Shown: positions 24,696 through 36,765 of the stretch, in pieces | How positions within the stretch are numbered: the first letter of the stretch is position 1 | Layout of the letters: every line of letters starts with the position of its first letter | Assembly: GCA_964270895.1 (NCBI GenBank) | Contig: OZ185442.1 | Length of the DNA: 64,000 nucleotides | From: Podarcis filfolensis | Taxonomy: Eukaryota | Reading direction: 5' to 3' (one strand) | Made by a program: the position numbers and the translations under genes | Notes under the pieces: model-generated | Told to the model about the DNA's origin: nothing | The model's input: the letters and a program-made list of their open reading frames with translations, nothing else | The model's database searches: none

Positions 24696-24937
24696 CAGTG
24701 GTACCTCAGGTTAAGTACTTAATTCATTCCGGAGGTCCGTTCTTAACCCGAAACTGTTCTTAACCTGAAGCACCACTTTAGCTAATGGGGCCTCCTGCTG
24801 CCGCCGCACTGCCGGAGCACAATTTCTGTTCTCATCCTGAAGCAAAGTTCTTAACCTGAAGCACTATTTCTGGGTTAGCAGAGGCTGTAACCTGAAGCGT
24901 ATGTAACCTGAAGCGTATGTAACCTGAGGTACCACTG
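24696..24937. mobile_element. Tc1/mariner (Tigger-like) MITE
   Basis: TA TSDs; TIR cagtggtacctcaggtta / taacctgaggtaccactg; same family as 40394-40619 and 41060-41262. Confidence 0.93.
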
Positions 24938-27034
24938 TACATTGTTGCATCTGACAACATCAATCCTTTGGTAGCATGATGAGCAAATGGATCATTGCAA
25001 GGCATTGTCTGAAAGAGGATCTATCCACTCAAATCAGCGAGCGATAGACAAATGAGGTCTCATATGAGGCACCACAAAGGAAATAATAGTTTACATGCTT
25101 TAATACATTCCTGCTAGATTAACCCCCAGTGGGATGTTCTCCCTCTGGTCACATCCTTTTGTTCCTCTAATCTCTTTTGTATTTGTTCACTGACCCTGAG
25201 CGTGTATTTGACTTGTGACCCTGTTTTAGTTAACAAAATACAGGCCATCTGACTGACATTCACACCAATGCACTCCAAGGAGACGGCTCTCTCATAAGGA
25301 ATGTTGGGGTGTGGTGTGGCATGGTGAGTGCATGGGGTCTCCAATCCTCAGCCATCATGTCCAAACAAAAAACCAAAACAAAAGCCACAATCAATTTTAA
25401 TAACATGGAATAAGAGAGACTCACTAAGTGCATGAATCTCTATCAGCTGAACAGTCAATATGATTTAGCAATAGCACAGGAATAACTGTCATCAAGACTC
25501 ACTGGGGATTTTGACCGGGTGGTCCAGGAATGCCCTAAAAATGGAAAACTAGATGTTTTCCACTCAGATGATTTTCAGTACTAATGGATGGCCGTGCCAA
25601 GCCAAAAACCTCCACTGATACTTGCTGGTGACTTCAGGAGCTGGAGGCTTTAATGGAGATTTTAACATGTAGACATTAAAATTGGGTTCTAAGCAGATGC
25701 CTCCATGGTTAATGTTGTGGAATGACTGAGGCACACTGCTTTCAATCATATATGTGCATCCCTGATTTGGGCTGTGTATTTCAGATGATTTCCCCCTCCC
25801 CAAAATAAACAATTTGCCTGTGCTATTCACTCAAGGGAAGCTGCTATTTTAATTAAATACCCTCATGATATTATTGCTGAGATAGCTGTAATAATTTTAA
25901 TTGGTTAATTAATTGACGTGCTAATTGGCTAGTTCATCTAGTTAATCAACTGGGGTCTTTTTTTTTTAATCAACTTTTGAAACTTCAGCTGTTTGACGAT
26001 ACTTATCTCAGTGGGATACGTAGAGGCTTCAGATAAATGTAATTAAAAGATACGTTGCAAAGTTCTGCTTTTTACGAAAGGGGAGCAGATAGTGATAGCT
26101 CATCCAGCTCCAAATATCTTTCTAGCAATTTGGAAGCCACAGAACTTTCCCACCCACTCCTCTTGCCTCCTGAACACAGCTGCAGGCTGTAGAACAGATC
26201 TGGGCAGGATTCCATAGGAAGTCTTATCCCTTTCACGCCTTATCAGCCCAAAGCAATGCATACAGGCCACAATGCAGGTCACTTACGCCCAACAGGCATT
26301 CCCCATGCTTACTTGTTTATTTAATATATTTATCCCACCTTTCTTCCAATTTTGGAGAAGCAGGTCTATACCTCCCCCTTCTTTTCCAGCTCCCCCCTGG
26401 TTCCCAGCCTTCCTGTTGGCACAATCCACCCAAGTTCACTGTTGGAAGAAGTGGTTTTTATTATTGCATCAGTTGCACGTTACATTCTGTTTGAAATGTT
26501 AGTCTTTCACAATCTTAGCGGCAAAGGGTGGAAAAGGCAGGCTAGAATAGACTTAAGTAAATACAATAAATAAATGCATCATGTTACAGGAGCTGCTGGA
26601 GATAAATTTGCAGAGTTATACCTTAGCAGAGTCAACTAATTTTCATTGTGCTCATACAGGGAAATTATACTAAATCCTTACATTGGGCTGGCAGATCGTA
26701 GCTCTAGCTTACGGCAAAATGCTAATATTTCCATTGAGCAGGGCTTGGGTAAATCTGAGCCAGAATGAACAGAACTGTTTTAGTGGCACCCGAGCATTTG
26801 GCAGTTTTTCTTTTCTTTTCTTTAAGCAATTGGACCACTAGGGCATATCAGTACTATCAGGGTTAAAACATAGTTTTGAAAAATAGAGTTAACGTGTGGT
26901 TATGGGAGGGGAGAGGAATCTGTTTGCAAAAAGCAAGACCAACCCTATCTCCTCCCCCTTAAGCATGCCGACCTAGTTGTTGAAGATAGCTGCTTCAATT
27001 CATACGCTCACTAATGGCCCATTGTAAAATATCC

Positions 27035-27200
27035 TAGAATCTTAAATGTTTAGAGTTGGGATGGATCTGAGAAGGCATCTAGCCTAACGCCATCATCCAT
27101 CCAGGATCAACAGTGGAAACGGCAATGACACCATCCCCGTCAGATGGTCCATCCAGCCTCTGCTCAAAAACCTCCAGTGAAGGAGAGCCCATCACCACCA
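27035..27200 (-). mobile_element. CR1 3' fragment
   Basis: tagagttgggatggatctgagaaggcatctagcc...cagcctctgctcaaaaacctccagtgaaggagagcccatcacc. Confidence 0.75.
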
Positions 27201-27339
27201 GGAAAAGAATGAGAATCCATGACAATTTTGGCTTCTCCCAGTTTCTCATTTTTCCTTCCTTAAATTAAGTTCTCCACATTTCTTTTTAGTTTTAAAGTCC
27301 TCATCAGCATTTCAGTATGAATTTCTCCTAACACACACA

Positions 27340-27340
<1 letters not shown>

Positions 27341-27381
<41 letters not shown>

Positions 27382-27530
27382 TTACTTCCACCCCACCCAT
27401 CTGACTGGGTTGGCACAGCCACTCTGGGCAGCTTCCAACAGAATATAAAAGAACACAACGAAGCATCAAACATTAAAAGCTTCCTGATACTGAAGGACTA
27501 CCTTCAGATGTCTACAGAAAGTCGTATAAT
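27341..27530 (-). mobile_element. L2 3' end with (AAT)n tail
   Basis: (aat)n then cccacccatctgactgggttggcacagccactctgggcagcttcca, the reverse complement of the 3'UTR at 21820-21890. Confidence 0.85.
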
Positions 27531-27559
27531 TGTTTATCTCTTTGACCTCACCTGTTCTG

Positions 27560-27670
27560 CACATAGATGTTGTTGGACCCCAACTCCCATCAGCCCCAGC
27601 CAGTATGGCCAGTGGTCAGGGATGATGGGAATTGTAGTCTGCAGCATCTGGAGGGCCACAGGTCCCTCAG
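27560..27670. mobile_element. Decayed URR1-like MITE
   Basis: caactcccatcagcccc...gatgatgggaattgtagtc...catctggagggcc. Confidence 0.75.
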
Positions 27671-27937
27671 GCATCTCCTAAGTTGACTGTAAGTTAGCTG
27701 GTTTGGACTGAGGTCCAAGTGACTCACAACCACATTCATATGCGTAGTTGATTGGAAATAAGCACCTTATGATTAGGAAGAATTGTTTTGTTGTTAATTG
27801 TCCACAATTTGTGCCTTGGTGACTGTTAGGCAAGACTATTGCAATGCACCCTGATTGGAGCCTGCTCTGAAGGCAGTTCAGAAACTTTAGCTGGCCATCT
27901 ATTGAGAGGTATTGATTGATCATCTGATACAAGGATT

Positions 27938-28073
27938 GGGAAAGGCCGTAGCTCAGTGATAAGAGCGTCCCAAGTTTAACCCCCAATGGCATCTCTGGGT
28001 ATCCTTGGGAGAGACTCCAGTCTCAAACCCTGGAGAGCTGCTACCAGTCAGTGTAGACAACACTGGTCTAGAT
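27938..28073 (+). mobile_element. tRNA-derived SINE (Squam2-like), cut by a hAT MITE
   Basis: A-box ggccgtagctcagtg; body aaaccctggagagctgctaccagtcagtgtagacaacactggtctagat. Confidence 0.65.
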
Positions 28074-28385
28074 CAGGGGTCAGCAACCTTTTTCAGCCAT
28101 GGGCCAGTCCACCATCCCTCAGACCATGTGGTGGGCTGGACAATTATTTTTTTTGGGGGGGGGGGAGAAATGAACAAATTCCTATGCCCCACAAATAACC
28201 CAGAGATGCATATTTTTTTTAAAAAGCACACATTCTACTCATGTAAAAACACCAGGCAGGCCCCACAAATAACCCAGAGATGCATTTTAAATAAAAGGAC
28301 ACAATCTACTCATGTAAAAACATGCTGATTCCCGGACCATCCACAGGCCGGATCTGGCCCCCAGGCCTTAGTTTGCCTACCCATG
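28074..28385. mobile_element. hAT MITE, same family as 22236-22479, opposite orientation
   Basis: Termini caggggtcagcaac / gtttgcctacccatg; two 74-bp internal units; no clear TSD. Confidence 0.88.
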
Positions 28386-29589
28386 AACTAAGCAGAAGGC
28401 AGTCTCCTGCGTAATCCAATATAAGAGTACCCCGGGGTTAACCAGCCAAGCTGCTGTGGTGTTTTGAAGTGCAGTAAGACCTGGACCAGCAGTTGGTACT
28501 TTCAGGAGTCTGTGGAAGAGACTTACTATAAGTGCCCTTCCCAATATTTCTGTTTTGCTGCTGGCAGCCTTCTCTGGAGCAGAGATTTGGGAGCCAGCTG
28601 TGTGTCACCTAACCTTCCCCTCTGAACTGTATTTAAGTCAGGCTCCCTGGAGGGCAGCAAGACCAGTACCAGAAACTTTATTGGAAATTAACCCTTGTTT
28701 TGCTCGGTATTTATGTACTTAAGCTTTTGTTTGTTTGTTTGTTTGTTTTCCCATTTTTGTCATGTTTGCATTTACTGATGTGTACGGTAGTTTATATATT
28801 TGTATTTCCAATGCTCCATAATTTGAGGTTTTGAATGTTTGCTGTGAGCCAGTTTGGACACACCTCATTGTGGAAAAGTGACATATAAGTAAACTCAATC
28901 AGTCCATCAGCCCCAGATGGACCATACCTGCATAGCACATGATTGCTGGGCATGGAGGAGGGCTGAATAGATATAAATACATGCCTACAGGAGACTCAAT
29001 GATGTGGAATTATCTGATGCATTTCTTTGTGGTGGGGAAAAGGAGGGGGTGAGGAGGGAGCTTAGCAGCAGTCAACTTTAAATTTGCATATGTTTGTTCT
29101 TCCCAGTGAAATCAATCTCTTTGAAGGATGCAAGCAAACTTTGGAGAAAGAAAATATTATTAATGCTGTAAGAGAACACAGAAAGAAGTCTTTAGTAAAC
29201 ATTTATTTTCCAGTGGAGATCATCATTTTTGACAAGTGCTTATTTTCATTATATATATATATATATATTTCTTGAACTGCTTTGAACATCAAAAAAAAAT
29301 GGGCTCAGTAAAACTGTGTATGCAGAATGTTAGCTAAAGTGGTGTACACACAATTAATAGCAATGCACTGGGTTCTTTTCTCTTTTTAATTGCGTCTTGA
29401 AATATTGCACGAAAAGCCCTCTGAAGTTGGCTATTTCAGATCTGATTTTTCAGACCATGTTTTCCCCCATCAAAACACAAATCTGGATACACCGTCCATG
29501 AAAGTTTTCCTGGAAAACTCTGCTTGGCTATATAGATGTTTTTATTCCCCCCTCCCCCAGAACCTGCAGGTGTTCCCAACTTAGGAGCT

Positions 29590-29715
29590 CATAGAAGCAT
29601 AAGAAGTCCAGCACTCTCCACTCACAGTGGCCAACTAGATGCCACTCTCCACTCACAGTGGCCAACTAGATGCCACCCCCCCCCCATGGAAAGCCTGCTT
29701 GCAGGACCTCACTCT
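29590..29715 (-). mobile_element. CR1 3'UTR fragment with a 31-bp tandem duplication
   Basis: ctcacagtggccaactagatgcc is the reverse of the CR1 3'UTR; unit cactctccactcacagtggccaactagatgc at 29612-42 and 29643-73. Confidence 0.7.
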
Positions 29716-30040
29716 GACCCATCACTCAATCAAATTTCACTTTAGGGGAATTTGGCAGCTGATCGAAATTGCATCCCTAAGCCTGAATTTGTGCAGACCT
29801 AAGCATGACGATTCAGAAGTCAGCTCCTCTGAGCTCCATGAGGCTTGCTTCCAAATAAAAATGCAAAAGAAAGAAAGAAAAAAATTTAGACTCATAATTC
29901 TTCAAACCACTTATTCCATTTTCTACTGGCATTCCTTGGTCGAATCACTTGATTTACAGTTTTGTTATCCCAAACTTGTTGGTTGTTTTGTTATTATCGT
30001 TCTGCTTTTGTTTGTTTTACTTTGACGTATGGATGAAAGA

Positions 30041-30174
30041 AAGGAGCTCAGTTGGTTAGAGCATGGTGCTGATAATGCCAAGGTTGCAGATGGGATAGCT
30101 GCATATTCCTGCATTGCAGGGGGTTGGACTAGAACTAGATGATCACTTCCAACTCCATAGTTCTGTGATTCTAT
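30041..30174 (+). mobile_element. tRNA(Ile)-like head plus CR1-tail SINE
   Basis: agctcagttggttagagcatggtgctgataatgccaaggttgca joined to ttcctgcattgcagggggttggactag...ttccaactccatagttctgtgattctat. Confidence 0.8.
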
Positions 30175-30180
30175 TTCTTT

Positions 30181-30750
30181 ATGCAGCACATACTTAAACT
30201 ATGGAACTTGCTTCCACAAGAGAAGAAGAAGAGTTTGGATTTGATATCCCGCCTTTCACTCCCTTTAAGGAGTCTCAAAGTGGCTAACATTCTCCTTTCC
30301 CTTCCTCCCCCACAACAAGCACTCTGTGAGGTGGGTGGGGCTGAGAGACTTCAGAGAAGTGTGACTGACCCAAGGTCACCCAGCAGCTGCATGTGGAAGA
30401 GAGGGGAATCGAACCCTGTTCATCAGATTATGAGTCCACCGCTCTTAACCATTACACCACACTGGCTCCCAGAGGTAGTGATGGCCACCAACTTGGATGG
30501 TGTCAAAAGAGAATTTGACAAAATCATGGAGGAGAGGGCTATCGAAGACTACTAGCCACAATGCTATGCCTCCACAGTTGGAGTCAGCAATGCTTTTGAA
30601 TACCTGGGAGCCACAGGAGGGGAGAGTGCTGTTGTGCCCAGGCCCTGCTCACTGGTTTCTCACAGGCATCTGGCTGGTCCAAGTGAGAACAGGATGCTGG
30701 ACTAGATGGGCCATTGGCCTAATCCAGCAGGCTCTTCTTACGTTCCTGTG
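30181..30750 (+). mobile_element. CR1 3' region split by a Squam3 SINE
   Basis: aaactatggaacttgcttccacaag[SINE]ccagaggtagtgatggccaccaacttggatgg...ctagatgggccattggcctaatccagcaggctcttcttacgttc. Confidence 0.88.
30221..30468 (-). mobile_element. Squam3-type SINE
   Basis: Closely similar to 20992-21265. Confidence 0.92.
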
Positions 30751-31159
30751 AACATTATATATTATGTAAAAACTTGGTGAATACAATATAAATAAATACA
30801 GAAATGTTTGTGTGCACAAATCCCCTTAATAATTAAGCTAGTAGAGTTTTTCAAAGGAGCTATGCATCTATAAAACCAGACATCTCCGTCAACCTGTGTG
30901 GTTTTTTGTTTTAATCCAGGATCCCTGTCTGAGTTTCCGGGAAAGGAGGGGAGGGGAGGGGGTTAACCGGTTGCTCGTTCCAAAAGTAATTATTTGGGCC
31001 TCAAACTACTATGAGAAGTTTTCTAAAGAAAGTTTCAGCATGGAAGTGGCCAAACCACTTCAAAGAGGCATAAAAACAAAAGAAGGCCCTGGAAAATGAA
31101 ACATCTGAGCAAAGGCAGAAGCCAAGGTTGTTTGACTCAGAGGAGGGGAGAACAACTTT

Positions 31160-31570
31160 GTTTACTTTATGAATTTACAATATCTCTGCCTTTCCTACAA
31201 AGAGTTCAAGGGGGTGGCACAGGTTAAAGCAGGGGTAGTCAACCTTTTTATACCTACCGCCCACTAATGCATCTTTCTGAATGGTAAAATTTCCTTACCG
31301 TCCACCAGTGCTGCAGTAACATGTGCCATAGAACCCCCTACCGCCCACCTGGAATCCTGAAACACCCACTAGTGGGCGGTAGGGACCAGGTTAACTACCC
31401 CTGGGTTAGAGTGACAACCCCTCCCTCACTGACACAACAACCTTGTGAGGTAAGTTAGGCTGAGCACATGTGATTAGCCAGGGACTATGAGGGGGGCTCA
31501 TTGTGAGATGGGATTCCAGGGTTGGCCTCCCCAATGCAAGTCCAACTTTCTAACCTCCAATGCACTGGTT
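31160..31570 (-). mobile_element. Old Squam3/MIR-like SINE split by a hAT MITE
   Basis: cacaacaaccttgtgaggtaagttaggctgag core; tRNA-like head at the right end. Confidence 0.65.
31230..31403. mobile_element. hAT MITE
   Basis: TIRs caggggtagtcaacc / ggttaactacccctg; TSD ggttaaag (31222-29) / ggttagag (31404-11). Confidence 0.9.
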
Positions 31571-32517
31571 TGTTGCTGTTGTTGCTGTTGGAGAAGCAAT
31601 AAGCAATTAACTCGGGTCAGTGGGGCTTGGAGGGTCCACACCTTATCCTACCTCCAACAGTGGAGGTAGAACATAGGCATCACAACTTCATCTTTTTTGG
31701 TTTGTGTGTAGAGTATTTGAAGTATATCACTGCCCTTCGTCAAAGGACCACAGTGCTGTTCACGACAGAGGGCATGAATGCCAATGCATAAAATCTATGC
31801 AATCTTTTATAACATAGATAGATATAGAAATGATGGTGTTTTCCCCTGGTTTTTTGCTGTTTCTATTTTATCTGTAAGCCACCTTGGGTTCCTGACAGGA
31901 AAAAGGTGGGATGACACCACCACCAACAAAGCAACAGTTATTATGAATGCAAGTATAGTAAGAAAAAATGCATTTATGATTTCTTGGGGATGCCGCTTCT
32001 GATTGAACAACCAAGACTAACTGTCAGCATTTGGCAAGGATAACTTTGGGTACTATCCATGCTTCCAGTAGAGTATAGCTCCATGAAGGACCTACCAGAG
32101 TCCTATTTCTGGGTCTTTATGAATAAATGACACCAGAGACCCCATTCTCTACAGAAACCATATTCAAAGCTGTACTCCTAATTGGAAAAGGCCCAACTTT
32201 CTCACGTTCATACCTTCTTTCAGCTCAAATTGCAGATCCATCATGTGATGGGTGATGGCAAGCCTGTGAGAGCACCTGTTCTCTGAGCTCCCATTTTGGG
32301 TCAACTGCCCAGTTTTATTTTCTTTGCAGTGCTGTTTATACAGTACCAATACCTACACATTTTAACTCACCATGCTTATCTTTTGGGTCAAGTGGAAATT
32401 CAGATCAGTGATGTGCCATGACTTCTTGAGGGATAACCAGCTTTACAAGATCATACCTTCAGGTCATGTGTAGGGTCTTTTATTAACATGTTGAGTTTTG
32501 CCACTCAGATCTAAATA

Positions 32518-32756
32518 CAGTGGTACCTCGGTTTTCGAAAGTCTCCATTGACAAATATTTCTGTTTTCGAAACCCGCAAACCCAGAAGTAAATGTTTCAG
32601 TTTTCGAACAAGCCTTGGAAGTTGAACATGCCATGAGACTCAGCTGAGTGTAAGATCCTGAGGCCTAGCTGTTGGCTATTGAGTTTTTGGTTTTTGAACG
32701 TTTCAGAACTTGAAGTCTTCCGGAATGGATTATGTTCGAAAACTGAGCTACCACTG
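32518..32756. mobile_element. Tc1/mariner (Tigger-like) MITE
   Basis: TA TSDs; TIR cagtggtacctcggttttcgaa / ttcgaaaactgagctaccactg. Confidence 0.88.
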
Positions 32757-32817
32757 TATCTTAGCATTTAAAATCCAACCCAAATCCACCCAGTGTCGCT
32801 CTACAGTGAATCTGCAA

Positions 32818-33030
32818 CCAGTGTGATGCAATGGTTAGAGTGCTAGCCTAGGACCTGGGAGATCCCAAGGTTGAAGTCCCCATTCGGTGACCCTGGGTCA
32901 GAAACTGCCTCTCAGCCTAACCTACCTCACAGGGTTGTTAGGTGGATTAAATGGGAAGGAGGAAAACTATGTATACCACTTTGAGATCCTTGGAGGAAAC
33001 GTGGGGTAGATTTCAATGCAACACATAAAT
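32818..33030 (+). mobile_element. Old Squam3/MIR-like SINE
   Basis: ccagtgtgatgcaatggttagagtg head; ctgcctctcagcctaacctacctcacagggttgtt core. Confidence 0.75.
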
Positions 33031-33093
33031 CAAATGAACCTGAAAAAACAAATGAATTTGAAATTCCAGGTATTGATACCCATTCAGCTTGGA

Positions 33094-33094
<1 letters not shown>

Positions 33095-33164
<70 letters not shown>
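33095..33164. repeat. Compound (TG)20(AG)15 microsatellite
   Basis: Direct reading. Confidence 0.97.
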
Positions 33165-33168
<4 letters not shown>

Positions 33169-33650
33169 TACAAATCATGTTAATTAGGGCTGCTTATCCT
33201 GCTAATGTATAGATCTATGTTCAAGCCAAAGTATCTGTAACAGTGAGGAATTTGAGTGTAAAAATATGCCTCTATTTAAAAAAAAAGGAAAGAAAAAACT
33301 TAGGGTGTCACTATAGTTACCGTTTTGGTCTTCTGTACTAATGACTTTGAAAGCATGTGTTTTTTTTTTCCAGGGGGGTGAAACTCTGAAAGCTGGTTGC
33401 ACTTTATTTAATATTCAGATAAGTGCTATTCACCTGCTGTTAAGCCACAACACCTACAATCATTCTTTGAATACTGATAATTATATGAAACAGACTCCCC
33501 TAGAGGTTGGTAGTCTAGTCTGGATTCACCTAGAATACAAAGATGGATAAAATGGTACCTTGTGTGCATGGAAGCAGTGAAGAGTTTACAAATGTGTCTT
33601 GGAAGTTGATGGGCATGTGCTTTCCTGGAGCAGAACCACAATAACTATAG

Positions 33651-33691
<41 letters not shown>

Positions 33692-34246
33692 TAGGACTGT
33701 TTGCAACGTATCTTTTGATGGAATGTTCTAAGGAATGTTGACACCTTCATGTATAATAGGAACTCCCGTATTTGTATGGATGCTTTCCAATGCAAGCCAG
33801 TGTTTTTCCCCCTCAACACCTACCTGGGATCTTTCCTTTCTCCTTGTAGCTTCTCACCCTGGGAGGCCAACATTTCCCTGCCTCTCACCCAGGGTCCTCC
33901 ATAAACCTTCTACCACCCCCATGAATATACAATCTCTGGACCCTAAAAAAGGTCCCAAACATAGGACTCCAAAGAAAGGAGAGAAAGGAGAAAAAAATTA
34001 ACCATCACACCTGTTCCCTAAAAGCCTAAATAAATAAAACTATTTTATTTTGCTGTCTAAATGATAAAAAAAATATGCAGAGTATTCCATAAATAGCGTG
34101 ATGCTGCAGAGAAGATCCTATCCCCAATTGCCATTTGCTTAATTTCCAAAAGTTGGATCACCTAGAGCAGAGTCTCCAGCAATGATCTTAATGGATTTGG
34201 ATCCTGTATGCCTTTCAGTGATCTCTTGATGGCATACATGCCTATA

Positions 34247-34631
34247 CAGTGGAACCTCGGTTGCCCAAAGTAATCCGTTCCAGACGACCAGGCATAGGCA
34301 AACTCGGCCCTCCAGATGTTTTGGGACTACAACTCCCATGATTCCTAGCTAACAGGACCAGTGGACAGGGGTGATGGGAATTGTAGTCCCAAAACATCTG
34401 GAGGGCCGAGTTTGCCTATGCCTGCAGAAGACCATTCAACTTCCAAAACATTTGACAAGTGAGGCACATAGGGCTGTCAGATATTTCAATGGGGGAAATG
34501 GAAAAACACATTTCGGTAGCCGTTTGACTTCCGATGTGCATTCAAAAACAGAAGCAGTTACTTCCGGGTTTTCGGCGTTGGGGTTCCATAAAGTTCAGCT
34601 TATGAGATGCTTGAAAACCGAGGTCCCACTG
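34247..34631. mobile_element. Tc1/mariner (Tigger-like) MITE hosting a URR1-like insertion
   Basis: TA TSDs; TIR cagtggaacctcggtt / aaccgaggtcccactg. Confidence 0.85.
34289..34424. mobile_element. URR1-like hAT MITE
   Basis: TIRs caggcataggcaaactcggccctccagatg / catctggagggccgagtttgcctatgcctg; TSD cagacgac / cagaagac (7 of 8). Confidence 0.93.
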
Positions 34632-35285
34632 TACACAACAATACATTTTCCCTGCCAAATGAAAAGATTTGGCAGAGAAAATGTATTTTGCCAAAAGATA
34701 CCCCAAAAGCCCATGGGATTCGAACTCGGGTCTCCCCCAGTTATAAGTCCAATACTCTAGCATTAATTAATGGTGTGCAGTCAGTTTGTTGCCCATGCTT
34801 CTCTGCTAATTAGTTTCCCATGTAACCCTCCCTCCCACTCCCCTTTGTTCTCTTCTTTCATTAGATGAGGAGGACCGATAATGCCTCACATCCACATGGA
34901 AAGCTACAGAAAGGTTTCTTTTCCCCTCACAACACACAGAGTGTAATTAGACCTGAGCACCTGCTTGTTCCACCAGTGGCTTCATTCATCTGGATGCCCT
35001 TCAAAGAGCCATGCTGGGAGGGAAATTTGATCTACTCCCTTTCCACTTATTCGTTTCCTCCCCTTTCCATCCAACATGCTGAACCACAAAGACCCAACCA
35101 CAGGGTAAGTTGACCCTGCAAAATTCGCTCTGGCTAATCTGCCAGAAAAGAATCTTGGGGGTAAATCCTGTATCCTTTCTGCAACAAACAGATCTTTGTA
35201 CTTTCCTGCTCTTCTCTTTCCCAAACACTTACCTTCAGCAATTGAGTGGGAAATAGAATAGTCTTCATATCAGCATTGTTATAGA

Positions 35286-35332
<47 letters not shown>
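35286..35332. repeat. (AGAC)n microsatellite
   Basis: Direct reading. Confidence 0.95.
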
Positions 35333-35339
35333 GTGCTCT

Positions 35340-35535
35340 TGTGCATCCGCATGGCCACTGTGAGAACAGGATGCTGGACTAGATGGGTCATTGACCTGAT
35401 CCATGGATGGTGGCAGTAAATGCATCTGAATTCCACTTGCTGGAAACCACAGGAGGGAAGAAGGTGCTTGTGCTCAGGTCCTGCTTGCAGGTTCCCCACT
35501 GAGGCAACTGCTCTGCCACTGTGAGAACAGGAGGC
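35340..35535 (+). mobile_element. CR1 3'UTR fragments in permuted order
   Basis: gccactgtgagaacagga occurs twice; the distal 3'UTR segment precedes the proximal one. Confidence 0.75.
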
Positions 35536-35559
35536 TGTTTATTTTATTTTTATTCATTT

Positions 35560-35770
35560 TCTTAGTAGTGTTTATAGAAGCTGGTTGATTTTCTGATTAT
35601 TTGCAATTGTTTTACTTATGATTTGCTAATTATTCTATACGATTTATGTTGCACTTGTAATGTTCTATTATGTTATTGTCATTTATTGTTTGTAAGCCAC
35701 TTTGTGACTTGTGTGAGTGAAAAGCGGCAGAGAAATAGAATGAATGAATGAATGAATGAATGAATGAATG
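35560..35770 (+). mobile_element. L2-type 3'UTR with (TGAA)n tail
   Basis: ttgtttgtaagccactttgtg...gaaaagcggc...(tgaa)n. Confidence 0.65.
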
Positions 35771-36400
35771 GCTAGATAGGTGCCCTTTGGCCTGACCCAG
35801 CAGGCTTTTCCTAGTTTCTTAATATTACATTGATCCTTGCCGATATTCCAGGGAGTGTCTAGAGATCTGTCTTCCCCAACTAGCCAGGGCATTTTCAAAA
35901 ATCCTGGCAAGGCTGCAGGATTGAAGCATGACTGGATGGTGGTTGCTTGGTTGGTTTATGATGCTTGGTCTGATGAAGGTCAATGATGCAGTGACCTTAC
36001 TGAAGCTAAGCATTCTGGAAGTGTTCAGTCCCCTTCTGTATGCATTTCTGATTCCAGAAGAGGCAGGAAAGGCAGTATCTAATGTCATCAATATTATGTT
36101 AATTAGCAGTGTCCCTGATGCACAGGTCCTCATGTGCATGCCCTGGTGCGGGTATGTAAAATAAGAGCATCAGTGAAGCACTAAAATCCTCAAAGTTGCA
36201 AGGAGAACTCAATCTCGTCCCAGGGATATGGATGCTACAAGACTCCATGTGTTTGGAACTGCACCTTCTATCAGTCCCCCAGCCAATACTCTGTGGTGTT
36301 GGGATCTGTAGTACTTGCTACCTGGTCCTTTCAACTGGAGATGTCAGGAATTGAACACAGGACCTCTTCACACAAAGCATGTGCTGTGCCCTCCCCTTAG

Positions 36401-36765
36401 CAATGGTTCCCGGTTTTTTTCAGGCCGCTGCCCCCTTGGTTCTGTAAACTCATCCCCAGTGCCCCCTACTATTTAAAAGGCGTTATTCAGAATTGTGATT
36501 TGCATGCTCCATGAAGGAAGATAACAACACAATGAAATTCAGAACAGTAAAAGTCAGTTGCACGTTTATACAAACCATTGAGTGGAATTAAAACTATTCA
36601 GTGGAATTAATTCAACAGAGCTGATGGACTTGATCCAGTGATACCAGCTTTTCAAAGCCTGAGAGTCATTTACACCTACGGCACCCCCTGCCACCTTCTT
36701 GCCTCTTAGGAAATACCTCCTTGCCTACCCCACTAGGGCAATACTGCCCACTCTGGGAATCACTG
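36401..36765. mobile_element. hAT-like MITE
   Basis: Termini caatggttccc / gggaatcactg; TSD not resolved. Confidence 0.6.

Noticed and set aside
30041-30100. tRNA-like sequences (also SINE heads at 2258, 27938, 39695, 46302)
   Set aside because: Incomplete cloverleafs fused to SINE bodies; these are not tRNA genes.
35960-36020. ctgatga-aggtca...tgacc hairpin resembling a second hammerhead
   Set aside because: Stem II is followed by ttac rather than GAAA, and no consistent stem I/UH register exists.
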